A stretch of DNA of 64,000 bases from Mobula birostris (taxonomy: Eukaryota). The notes below the pieces were generated by a model. The model ran no database searches, was not told where the DNA came from, and was given only the letters and a program-made list of their open reading frames with translations. Positions 1 to 11,900 of this stretch are shown piece by piece. The position numbers and the translations under genes were made by a program. Where the stretch lies: assembly GCF_030028105.1 (NCBI RefSeq), contig NC_092379.1:46300150-46364149 (forward strand), in the 5' to 3' direction. Positions within the stretch are counted from its first letter, which is position 1, and the number at the start of each line of letters is the position of its first letter.

Positions 1-1883
1 CTAATTTTAGCCCTGTATTTAGAATAGTTGGAGAGTGGTAGTTGCTGGCAACTGGAACCCACAGTGTTCACAGACCTCTGGTGTCCTGATATGCAGCCAC
101 TGTCGAAACTGCAAAGCAGTCAGCACCTCCTAGCATTGCTACTAAAGCGAGTGTGGTAAAAGCATAGGTCCAGCATCGTCTGTTTCGCAGCGCGGGTGTC
201 CTTATGCTGGGGACCTTTCTGACTAGGCTTATTGGAGTAGACAAAGGATGATGAACGATGCCCCGCTGCCTAGTTGAGTGTAAACTACCAACCATTTTAG
301 CAAGTTCCCAAAAGCCTATCGGAGGTGCATTAGTGAGGGCTACACAATCTGGATCAGATATTTGCGCATGAAGTGTTTTTAAAATCAAAACAAGGATGGT
401 GATTTCCCAAGAGGGACCAGATGTAGTCCATTAGCTTCACAGACTTACCATCACTGAGACCGGATAAGGAGAGCAAAGGTTTGGCACGCTCAGATGCTGA
501 TACTCCAAAGGTCTGTAAAAAGTGATTCAAAAGGTTTCAAAAGGTGTACTTAATGTCAGAGAAATGTATACAATATATATCCTGAAATTCTTTTTCTTTG
601 CAAACATCCACGAAAACAGAGAAGTGCCCCAAAGAATGAATGACAGTTAAAATGTTAGAACCCCAACTCCCCCAGTTCACCCCTCCCATGCACAAGCAGC
701 AAGGCAACGATAGCCTAACCCCCCACTAGCAAAAAGCATCAGCGCCCTCCACCGAGCACTCAAATGTGCAGCGAGCATCAATAAAGACACAGACTTGCAG
801 TTCTCCAAAAACTACTCATTCACCCAGTAATTTGACATACGACAGTCTCTCTCTCTCTCCCTAATAAGGGAAAAAGAGATGCCTCATTTCACAGCGAGAG
901 GAGAAGTATAACAAACAACTCTCCAATTTACGATGTTAAAAGTCTGTTGCATCATTTTTTCCGAGCTCTGTGCCCAGAGAGTTGGCACCAGAAGGGCACA
1001 GCTCTCCAGACACACAACCCCTGGCATTTAACCCGCTGCTCCCAATGTTCCATGTTCTTCCGCAATACTTTAGTCAGGGGCACCAGTCTAGAATCAGCAT
1101 GTCTCCAGAGCCACGAAAATCCCGAGCCCAGAAGACGCGCTCGCCTTCCAAGCCACATGCTTGGGATATCAAAAAGTGGCTGGTCATGAGGCCCTGAGAG
1201 CAGGTCCCAATGCCACAAAGAACCGAACTCAGAGTGTAACTACAGGTCAGTGTCTTCAGACAACCTTAAACAGAAAAGAAAGAGACATCAAAGAAAGAAA
1301 CTGAGCTGTTTCCGAAGATGCAAGCAAAGAAGTCACCAGCATCGTGACTTCACTCCACCTCCAGATGATATTTCAGCAGTTGGTATTTATCTTGTTCAAG
1401 GAGACTCATGTTAGCAGCCATGGAACTGCCGAGCGATGCTACCACATAGAAATATTTGGTATTGGCTGCAGAGATTTCTCGAAGGGCAAACTGGGTATCC
1501 ACTTGTACAAACCAAGCGATGGCATTTTGCTCCCGAAACTCTGGCAATTTCAGTGTCTGTGTTGTCCAACAGATTCAATAACTCCTGAATCATCAAGGGG
1601 AGTCACCAATGAAGGTTTTCCACAAATAAAATGAGGCGAGGTGATTTATGTTTAATGAAACCCATAACACATTTTATTGAACTCCGAAACCTACACAACA
1701 AAGGAGCGCTAACAGACTTTTACGTAATATCGTCATTGCGTCAGACCAGCCTCTTAAAGTCAAACCACAACTCAATGTCAATGGTTGTGAATTGTGTACG
1801 TTTATCCCAATTATATTGTAGAATGCCTACAGGATGGCTTTTAGGAGCAACTTGTCCGGAAGCCCACCAGGGAACCGGCTGTT

Positions 1884-4234
1884 TTGGATTGGGTGCTGTG
1901 TAACCAACCTGAGGCGATTAGGGAGCTGGAAGTAAAGGAACCTCTTGGAAGTAGTGATCATAATATGATTGAGTTCAGTTTCAAATTTGAAAAGCAGAAG
2001 CTGGTATCAGGTGTATCAATATTTCAGTGGAACAGGGGAAATTACAGTGGTATGAGAGAGGAACTGGCCCAAGTCAATTGGAAAAGTAAACTAAATGGAG
2101 GGACGGCAGAGCAGAACTGGATGAAATTCCTACAAGAAATAAGGAAAATGCAGGAAAAATATATTTCAAGAAAAAAGAAAATCATGAATAGAAAAATGGC
2201 ACAAATGTGGCTAACAAGAGAGGTTAAGGCAAAAATAAAAGCAAAAGAAACGGCGTACAAGGAAGCAAAAATTAGTGGGAAAAATGAGGACTGGAAGACC
2301 TTTAAAAACTTACAGAAAGAAACTAAGAAAGTCATTAGGAAAGAAAAGATGAATTATGAAAGGAAGTTTGCGATTAACATAAAAAAGGATACTAAGAGTT
2401 TTTTTAAATATATGAAGAGTAAAAGAGTGACAAGGGTAGATACGGGACCGATTGAAAATGATGTTGGAGTAATTATAATGGATAACAAAGAGATGGCGGA
2501 GGAACTGAATGAGTATTTTGCATCAGTCTTCACAGTGGAAGACATGAGCAATATACCTGATAGCCAGAGGTATCAGGGAATAGAATTAGGTACAGTCAAG
2601 ATAACTAGAGAGAAAGTGCTTGGGAAGCTAAGTGGACTAAGAATAGATAGGTCTCCCGGCCCAGATGAGGTGCACCCAAGGGTTCTGAAGGAGGTGGCTT
2701 TGGAGATTGTGGAAGCAGTGGAAATGATCTTCCAGGAATCAATAGACTCTGGCATGGTTCCGGAGGACTGGAAGGTTGCAAATATAGTTCCGCTATTTAA
2801 GAAAGGAAGGAGGCATCAAAAAGAAAAATAACAGACCTATTAGTCTGACATTGGTAGTTGGAAAGATATTGGAGTCAATCCTCAAGGACGAGGTTATGAA
2901 ATACTTCGAGGTGCATGACAAGATAGGCCAAAGCCAGCATGGTTTCATGAAGGGAAGATCCTGCCTTACCAACTTATTGGAATTTTTTGAGGTAATCTCG
3001 AATAAGATTGACAAAGGAGAGGCTGTGGATGTTGTGTATTTGGATTTTCAAAAGGCCTTCGATAAGGTGCCGCATATGAGGCTGCTTTATAAGATGAGAG
3101 CCCACGGAATTATAGGAAAGTTATTCAAATGGGTGGAGCATTGGTTGATAGGCAGAAAGCAAAGGGTGGGAATAAAGGGATCCTATTCTGATTGGTTGCC
3201 GGTTACTAGCGGTGTTCCGCAGGGGTTGGTGTTGGGGCTGCTTCTTTTTACAATGTACATCGATGATTTGGATTATGGATTAAATGGTTTTGTGGCTAAG
3301 TTTGCGGATGACACCAAGATAGGTGGAGGAGCAGGAAATGTTGAAGAAATGGAAAGGTTGCAGAGAGACTTTTTCAGTTTGGGAAAGTGAGCAAAGAAAT
3401 GGCAGATGAGATACAACGTTGACAAATGTATGGTTGTACATTTCGGAAAAAGAAATAATCGGGCTCATTATTATTTAGATGGGGAGAAAATTCAAAAATC
3501 GGAAGTGCAAAGGGACTTGGGCGTCCTCGTGCAGGATACCCTAAAGGTTAACCACCAAGTTGGATTGGCGGTAAGGAAAGCGAATGCTATGTTGGCATTC
3601 ATTTCAAGAGGAATAGTGTATAAGAGTAAGGAGGTGTTGATGAGGCTCTATGGGGCATTAGTGAGACCTCATTTGGAATACAGTGTGCAATTTTGGGCCC
3701 CCTATCTTATAAAGAATATACTGATGTTGGAGAGAGTTCAGAGAAGATTTATGAGGATGATTCCTGGAATGCAGGGGCTAACATGTGAGGAGCGTCTGTC
3801 GGCTCTTGGATTGTATTCATTAGAGTATAGAAGAATGAGAGGGGATCTCATAGAAATGTTTCGAATGTTGAAAGGGTTGGACAGAGTAGATGTGGAAAGG
3901 TTGTTTCCCTTGGTGGGTGAGTCCAGGGCAAGAGGCCATAGTCTTAGAATTAGAGGGTACCCAGTTAAAACAGAGATGAGGAAATTTTTTTTTTAGCCAG
4001 AGGGTCGTGGATTTGTGGAATTCGTTGCCACATATGGCTGTGGAGGTCCGATCATTGAGGGTGTTTAAGGAGGAGATTGACAGGTATCTAATTAGTCAGG
4101 GTATCAAGGGATATGGGGAAAAAGCCGGAAATTGGAACTAGATGGGTGAATAGTTTAGCTCATGGGGGAGCTGCGGAGCAGACTCAATGGGCCGAATGGC
4201 CTACTTCTGCTCCTTTGTCTTGTGATCTTGTGAT
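1884..4234 (+). mobile_element. 5'-truncated CR1-clade (HER1-like) LINE, frameshifted ORF2
   Basis: ORFs 1884-2831, 2851-3390 and 3406-3996 carry the endonuclease end (LGSSDHNMIEF) and RT motifs (QHGFMKGRSCLTNL, VYLDFQKAFDKVPH, GVPQG, KFADDTK). The element ends in a (TCTTGTGA)2 tail. Confidence 0.92.
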
Positions 4235-4489
4235 ATTACCTTACATGATAAAGAACCCACCCATACATCCAGCATCCTCTTTGACTTTCTACTGTCAGAC
4301 AGGAGACTCCAATGCATAAAAACAAGAATTACCAGTTTCTTCACTCAGGCCATTAGGCTTCTGAATTCCTTGTTGCATTGCATTTGAAGTGTTATCGGTT
4401 AATCAATTCATTACCAGAAAATATTTAATTTATGTACTTTACTTTCTTTATATATGCATAATTCATCTAGATTTTATCCTTACTTTCAT

Positions 4490-5328
4490 TGTTACGTACC
4501 CCGTAACTGGACTGCCAAACCAGCAGAAATGGACCACTTAGTTGGAGTCTGGATTACTGGAACTAAGAAGGTTTTATTAAAGAAATAAGTAACACAGTAC
4601 TCTAACTTAAGGATATAAATGCAACAGGTTAGCAATGATAAAACACACATGTACACAGAACTAGGATAATAGGAATCAATCAAGCTCTATCGCAGTCTAG
4701 GGGTAAAATGATCAGTCTCAAGTGACACAGTTCAGTTCAGTTTAGTTCAGTTCGCAGTAATCACTGTTGTGCCGTTGGAGAGAGAGAGAGAGAGAGAGAG
4801 AGCGAATGCTGATATTCAAATCGGATTCAACAGACCTTTGATATTCCTCGCAGTTAGCTTTCGGGCGAGCCCTTTGTAATGTCTTCTGAGGTCACCGACT
4901 GTGATCCCTCCGTTCCGGATACAATCGTACTTCTGCGGTGAACCCGGCACCCAGGCAAGGGTGGACACACATACCAGGTTCCCGCCGACCGTACCTTCTC
5001 ACCCTGTGCATCTATGTCTGGCCGGCGACCAGACCTCCAAAACTCCCACCAACTTGTAGGGACACACCGCTTTTCCAAGGTCTCGTTATCTTGTGGTTTT
5101 GTGGTGTGTGCTGCCTTAGCGAACCTGTTCCTTTTATCCCCCTGCTGGGGTCTCGCCTGTCCATCAAACTTCAAACAGTTCGGGTTCAAAGCAACTGGTC
5201 TGAACAATACTCGGAACTGTGTCTCTTTTCGTTAATCTCTCTCATCTCTCTCTTATTAGCATTTTGAATGTTTCCCCATTGCCTTTCTTATTGGCCTCAA
5301 TCTTCTGATAACTTGGAATTTGGTCACA
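4490..5328 (-). repeat. 3' LTR of the Gmr1-like element
   Basis: TGTTAC...TCACA termini; directly repeated at 8111-8928; contains (GA)n at about 4778-4802. Confidence 0.9.
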
Positions 5329-5439
5329 TACCCCTATCCTTCAAAGGATTTTTACCGGGGTAAAAATTATAGGCATGAATACATTATTAGATACACACAA
5401 GTATACATGTTCATCAGCTATTTGGCTAATACAGAGAAT

Positions 5440-6874
5440 TTTAAGTTGCCAGCACCTTGACAGACAGTCAGCAATCACATTTTCCGTTCCTTTTATATGT
5501 GTTATTTTAATAATCCTCTAAAACCAGGCTCCAACTTAGCAAACTTCATAGTGGCCAAAAACACTAATGAGTTGTGATCAGTGTAACTTCTCAGTGGTTT
5601 TCATCCCAGACCAAGATAACAAGGGTCGTCCCATACCAACTTAGCGTTCTTTGGCAAGAGCTTATTAAGAGGGTGGGTAATATCCGCAAAGTTCTTGCAA
5701 AACTTCCTCTAGTACCCCCCCATCTCCAAGAACCTTCTCAGGGCTTTCTTGTCTGTCGGGGTTGGAACGTCAGAGATAGCTCGCACCTTAACTTGCATTG
5801 GTGCCAGCTGCCCCTGTCTTACCACAAATCCCAGATAAGTGACCTTCACGTGGCCAAACTCACTTTTTGCGAGGTTCAGTGTCAGGTTGGCTTCAGACAG
5901 CCGTTTAAACAACTCCTCTACTGCCACAATGTGCTCCTCCCCCCAAAAAGTCCACCAAGGGGTATCTTGAGGGCCAGGTTAAGAATCTCATCCCCATAAA
6001 TTTTTGGCACCACCCCCCTTTCCTCATCTGCAGGCACGGTACTTGGTCTCCATTTCTTCCTTAGTATTCCCTCCTCCATACAATAGCCCACTGGCTCCCT
6101 TTTTAATTCTACTTCAGAGAGAGCTGTCTCCGCCGAAACCATCAGCTCCTCGTCTCACTCCTGTGCCTGTACAAATTCCTTCCTGGCTAATGCTAAGTCT
6201 GCCTCAACTCCCTCACTTCCTCCTGTTCCACTACGCTCCTTCTTTTCACTTTCTACCTCCCCCGGGTACAAGGCTGGTAGAAACGTCTCAGCTAAATTTA
6301 CTTTGGCAGCCTTTCTGGACACACGCCGAGTCACTGCGCAAACGGGATAAACCTGTGAGTCCATGGGCGGGGCCTCAATGCTGGCAGGCTGTCTTGTTAG
6401 TTTTACTGCTGAGAACACATTTCCACCGGCGAGGTCATTACCGAGTAAGACCTCCACGTCTTTCATCGGTAGTTCGGGCCTCACCCCGATCATGACCGGT
6501 CTGGAGACCAAGTCGCTTTGTAGGTGTATCTGGTGCAAAAGTACTGCTTCAGTCCTTTTTCCAATGCCTCTTATGACCCTGACCTCCCCAGTCTGGGTCT
6601 CTGAACTAAAGTCTAACACACTCTTTAATATCAATGACTGACACGCTCCCGTGTCTCTCCAGATCCGTACTGGAACCAGGTTTAACCCCTCTTTCACCAA
6701 CACCAATCCAGCCGGGATAAACCTCTCGGGCCCTTCCTGAACTTTGTCAGACCTCTTCTCTCCTAGCGGTTTGCTTACCAGCTCAATACAGCCAGTCGGA
6801 ACCGCCGTTTTCCCTTTCTCCATCTCCTTCTTTGGGGCAAAGCACCTGGACGCAAAGTATCGACTTTCCCACAA
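5440..6874 (-). pseudogene. Deleted pol: protease region, integrase N-terminus, RT end, RNase H end
   Basis: RDTGACQSLIL (protease); VVPKIYGDEILNLA...PLGG (decayed integrase H2C2 start); VTYLGFVVRQGQL (RT); WSLVLEDY...HIKGTENVIADCLSR (RNase H end, about 5440-5550). Confidence 0.8.
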
Positions 6875-8011
6875 TTATAGCATACGACCCCAGGAGACTT
6901 CCTACCAAACTGCTCCCGGTCTACCTTATCCTTCTCACCAGTCCCTGGCTTACTTTCTGACTTTTCTGGCAGACTCTCCCCGCCGTCCTGGCTACCCTTC
7001 TGGTAGCCTTTACTCGGGGCAAACTTCGTTTTATGTGTCAACGCGTACTCATCCGCTAACTTAGCAGTTGCGGCTAAAGTGTCTGCCTCATTCTCATCTA
7101 GGTAGGGTTTCATACCTTCGGGGACACAACCTTTAAACTGCTCAATCAGGATTAACTGTAGCAGTCTGTCATAATCCCCATTGACCCCTTTCGAGGCGCA
7201 CCAACGCCCACAATATGTCTGCAGCTCACGGGCAAACTCTAAATACGTGTGGCCCCATTGCTTCCTCGCATTCCGGAACCTCTGCCGGTATGCCTCCGGG
7301 ACCAACTCATAAATCCTGAGTATGGCCTCTTTCACCACCTCATACCTCTGGGCATCTTCTGCGGACAAAGCCGAGTAAGCTTGTTGGGCTTTTCCTTTAA
7401 GTACACTCTGAAGCAAAACAGCCCACTTATCCCTTGGCCAGTCCCGACTTGCAAACCTTTTCAAAATGGAGAAAGTACCGATCAACATCGGTCTCGTCAA
7501 ATGGGGGAACCAGCCTAACCTCCTGGGTCACCCTGAAACCGCCACCTTGGTTCGGCATGGGCCACTGCGCTGCCATCATCTTTAACCTCTGCAGCTCAAA
7601 TTCCCTTTCCTTCTGTTTCTCCAACTGCCTCTCTTCTCGCTCCAACTGCCTCTCTCTCTCCCTCTCCTGCCGTTCTAACTGCTTCTCTCTCCCTTGCCGT
7701 TCTAACTGTTTCTCTCTCTCTTCGTGTTCTAGCTGTCTTACCCGGAACTCATGCTCGAGTCTCATTTTTTCCATCTGCACCTGTACTGCGTCTCCACCAG
7801 GTTTTCCCATAGATACCACCTCCAGCTCCCCTTGGGGAAACACACCTTTAGACACATAATGCTCTATGATAGCTCTGTGCATCTCCTCTCTCCTCATGGT
7901 CGACTTACCCTTAAAAAGATTCAACCGTTTGGCCACAGCTGCCAATTCTACTTTCCTGGCATCCTCTAATGCCTCCAAGGTCGGCACCTTTAGAAATTCC
8001 TCAATCTCCAT
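6775..8011 (-). pseudogene. Frameshifted gag with SCAN domain
   Basis: ORF 7427-8011 (coiled coil, LVPPFDETDVDRYFLHFEK) and ORF 6775-7500 (AYRQRFR...LILIEQF...LADEY; degenerate zinc knuckle CYNCGK). Confidence 0.85.
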
Positions 8012-8110
8012 TTCTGCTGTTTGTCTTTTCTTTCTTTTGGGAATTTTAACCCAATCAATTTACTCCGTCCCAAATTTAGCGTTCAAAATCGCGGATAAAA
8101 TCCTCACTTA

Positions 8111-8928
8111 CGTTATGTACCCCGTAACTGGGTTGCCAAACCAGCAGAAATGGACCACTTAGTTGGAGTCTGGATTACCGGAACTAGGAAGGTTTTATTA
8201 AAGAAATAAGTAACACAGTACTCTAAACGTAAGGATATAAATGCAACAGGTTAGCAATGATAAACACACATGTACACAGAACTAGGATGATAGGAATCAA
8301 TCAAGCTCTATCGCAGTCTAGGGGTAAAATGATCAGTCTCAAGTGACACAGAGTTCAGTTCGCAGTAATCACTGTTGTGCCATTGGGGAAAGAGAGAGAG
8401 AGCGAATGCTGATATTCAAATCGGATTCAACAGACCTTTGATATTCCTCGCAGTTAGCTTTCGGGCAAGCCTTTTGTAATGTCTTCTGAGGTCACCGACT
8501 GTGACCCCTCCGTTCCGGATACAATCATTCTTCTGCGGTGAACCCAGCACCCAGGCAAGCGTGGACACACACACCAGGTTCCCGCTGATCGTACCTTCTC
8601 ACCCTGTGCGTCTATGGTTGGTCCCATGCCAGACCTCCAAAACTCCCACCAGCTTGTGGGGGCACACAATTTTTCCAGGGTCTCGTTATCTCATGGTGTT
8701 GTGGTGTGTGCTGCCTTAGCGAACCTGTTCCTTTTATCCCCCTGCTGGAGTATCACCTGTCCATCAAACTTCAAACAGTTCGGGTTCAAAGCAACTGGTC
8801 TAAACAATACTCGGAAGTGTATCTCTTTTCATTAATCTCTCTTGTCTCTCTCTTACTAGCATTTTGGATGTTTCCCCATTGCCTTTCTTATCGGCCTCAA
8901 TCTTCTGATACCTTGGTATTTTGTCACA
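8111..8928 (-). repeat. 5' LTR of the Gmr1-like element
   Basis: Homologous to 4490-5328 with scattered substitutions and a shorter (GA)n. Confidence 0.9.
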
Positions 8929-11900
8929 TCATAAATTATAGTGTGTTATATGTGTGTTATGTGTACTACTCTCTGGAAACCCTGCTCTGGAGAAATATGT
9001 CTCATTTGATGGTAAACATGTATATAATTAAACAACTTGATTTGTATTTCCTTGTTGTCAGGGAGCTGCATGAAGTGAATGTGGAAAAGATGTTTCCAAT
9101 ACAGTATTGGGAGAGCCTAGGATCAGTGGACACATCTTCAGAATAGGACATCTCCTTAGAACAGAGAAGAGGAGGAATTCCTTTAGTTAGAGAGCACAAT
9201 ATGATGGAGGACTCAGTCTCTTGTCTTCCGAATTGAATGAGCTTCAAGCTTGCCTCATATACATGAGTCATGCAATTTTTGCTGCTCAGGAACTGTTGTT
9301 TAATGTACTCGGGATCTGGTGTGGAGGGGACCAAGGTTCAACAGTCTCCCATTTATTCCTATATGTGCTGGTCTTTAGTGAGTAGCTTGCTGGGAGTGAG
9401 GAAGGATGTTTAATTAGTCTGGAGTGTTGATATAGACTTGTTTGACCCTATAGTCTGTTCCCTATTGGAATGGGCTCTGTGTTTGGAATCATAGAGTGTG
9501 TGATCATGTAGCTGAATTAGAATGGAGATGAATTTCTGAGAATTGAAATGATTTTCCAATATCCTTCTCTGTTGGCAGGACTGAAGACTCGAGTAATGTT
9601 GGGTAAGGTTCAGTATGGTGATTGTTGTTGATCCCTGCATTTACCTTGGGTGATTAGCATATTGCAGATGTTGATGTGCCCCATCTAACCTGTAACTTAG
9701 GAGCTACACTTCAGGCACAAGAAGGAGGTTGAACAGGGTGTGCATTTAATGACAGAAAAATTTATGCAATATACAGACTGAAATTCAGTTTCTTTACAGA
9801 CATCAATGAAAACAGAGGAATTTCCATGTGGTGGAAAGTACAAGGGCCCTTCTATAATTACAATATTCAGATTTTTTTTTATTTTGTCAAGATGATTAAC
9901 TTTGGGCATTTTGACAGCCCCTTGCATATCCTTCTCTTCCCAGATGCAGTTGAGGAGTCTGTGAATTCATGCCAGATGTTCCTCTCTGCATTGTTTCAGT
10001 AACAGGGATATTATTTACTCCAGATACCTCACTTCCACTAGTTGGATTGGGGTGGTAGTGAAAATGGACTGGTTAGAGTGTCATGGGATGGAGTTAAGGC
10101 ATCAAATAGACAGACTCAGTTCAGCCTTCTTTATCCTCGTCTTGATGAGTTATCCATTCTTGGCACTCGGTTAGGAGGGGCCATTGGGTCTTTGGGCTGT
10201 GGATGCTCTTGACAGCTCTGAGAAATACACATGTGATACTCAGCTACTTGCTGGATTGTGTTTTTTTTTGCCACTTTCTGTTCTTTAGATCTAGGAGTTT
10301 CCATTGGAGATCGATTTCTCCAAATTCCGATACTTCTGCTCTCCTTTCCCTCTTCTTCAATTCAACTATCTGGCTTCTTATGCCTGTCACCTTCTACTGG
10401 TGCCCCTCCTCCTTCACGTTCTCCTTTGATACACCTTCGTATCCTATTCCTATTCCTATTCCACCTTACAGGGGTAGCTGACTGCATTACTCCAAGCCCT
10501 GTACAACCTGAATGAGAGGCCCTTTTCCAAAGGTCATCGATTACAAGAGTGTACTTTGCAACCGGAGGAACAGGAGTGCACTGTAGGATTTTCCAGGGTA
10601 AGGCAAGTACGGGTGTACATTCAAAATAATTTCGATTACAATGGGGAGGCTGTTTCAAATGGAGATGGTAATGTTTGTCAGTACAATGGGCAGAACACCT
10701 TGTATTTAAACAGGAAGAAATCGAATGAGAGTTATTTAAGACAAATAGTAAACAAATGCTTTGCTTATTTTAGGTGAAATTAGGATGCTGGATGTAATCC
10801 GATCAAAAACATGGACCATGCTCCAGTGAGAATGCGATCTGAATGCGCGAGAAAGACTCACGAAAGTCGTACCTCCACAGAACCTTTTTCCTCGCTTCAA
10901 TGGGTTTAACCTCAACTGACTAAGCACACTATGGAATAAAACCGCACTCTGTCAAAGCAAATGAAATATTGTGTGATCCCGATTTTAGGAATAGGTTTTG
11001 GAATTGGGAGATCATTGTCCAGATACACCCTTAACTTAGAATCCTTTCAAATCGTTCCATTCTGTGATACTAGTCCTGCTTGTACTGCAATTTCTTTTAG
11101 CTTCCTGACAGAAGGGAGATGTTTGCTGATTGTAGCATCAGGTCCCAACTATATAGTATGATTTATTACCCATATAGAACTTTAATTATAATATTACTGT
11201 TGATATTAAGTTTGTACTGACTGTAGTTTAGTTTTTGCAAAGTAGTATTTTGCTTTTTGTTAGAAAATATCTTGAAGTAAAGTGTAAGAAAAGAATAAGA
11301 TGTGACCCGTCTTTGATAAATGCCAAGATCTGTAACACAAGATGCAAGATTCTACAACGAAATGGTGTCAGATTTGAATGTGGTGACAGTCGGGAGAGAA
11401 AGAGATTATGCTTTATATAATTCGAATAAAATAATTTCTTACAACCTTTTTTTTGTTTTCTCATGCATCTTGCTGTTGAATAAGAAAGACAAAGGAGCGA
11501 ATTTTAAATTATTTTCGGTAGAAGAGGCTCTAAGAATATCCATATCTTCAATGATGGTGGGACATAATATGACTGTAAACGATTGTGACATCAGTGAACA
11601 TGTTTAACCCTAAGTGCTGAACAATTAATTAATCTCCACTTCCTCCTGGTATCTCCATCTTCAGGAAAGACACTCTACAGCCTACTGGATTCAGTCCACA
11701 CCATATCAAGAAAAGTCTGAAAGGACTGGATACAGCAAACGTTATCGCATACATCTAAACCCCAGAAATGGCTCAATTGGGCTTGTAGATTACTGAGAAG
11801 GCAATGCGTATCAGCACACAGACCTAATATGGGTTAATAGGATTAATTTGTATGGACAAAGAGTCAGATTGGATGTGGTAGACAAAAGGGCGTCATCTAT

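Larger units (their letters stand above)
4490..8928 (-). mobile_element. Gmr1-like Ty3/gypsy LTR retrotransposon, internally deleted, 4-bp TSD TCAT
   Basis: Two similar LTRs at 4490-5328 and 8111-8928. TCAT flanks both ends (4486-4489, 8929-8932). A purine tract adjoins the 3' LTR. The minus strand carries gag/SCAN, protease region, integrase N-terminus, then RT and RNase H ends. Confidence 0.9.

Noticed and set aside
68-480. 106-aa minus ORF and a stop-riddled plus frame, possibly a transposase end
   Set aside because: No family motif recognised with confidence.
10472-10597. Exon-like segment with plausible AG and GTAAG ends
   Set aside because: Stop codons in all three phases.
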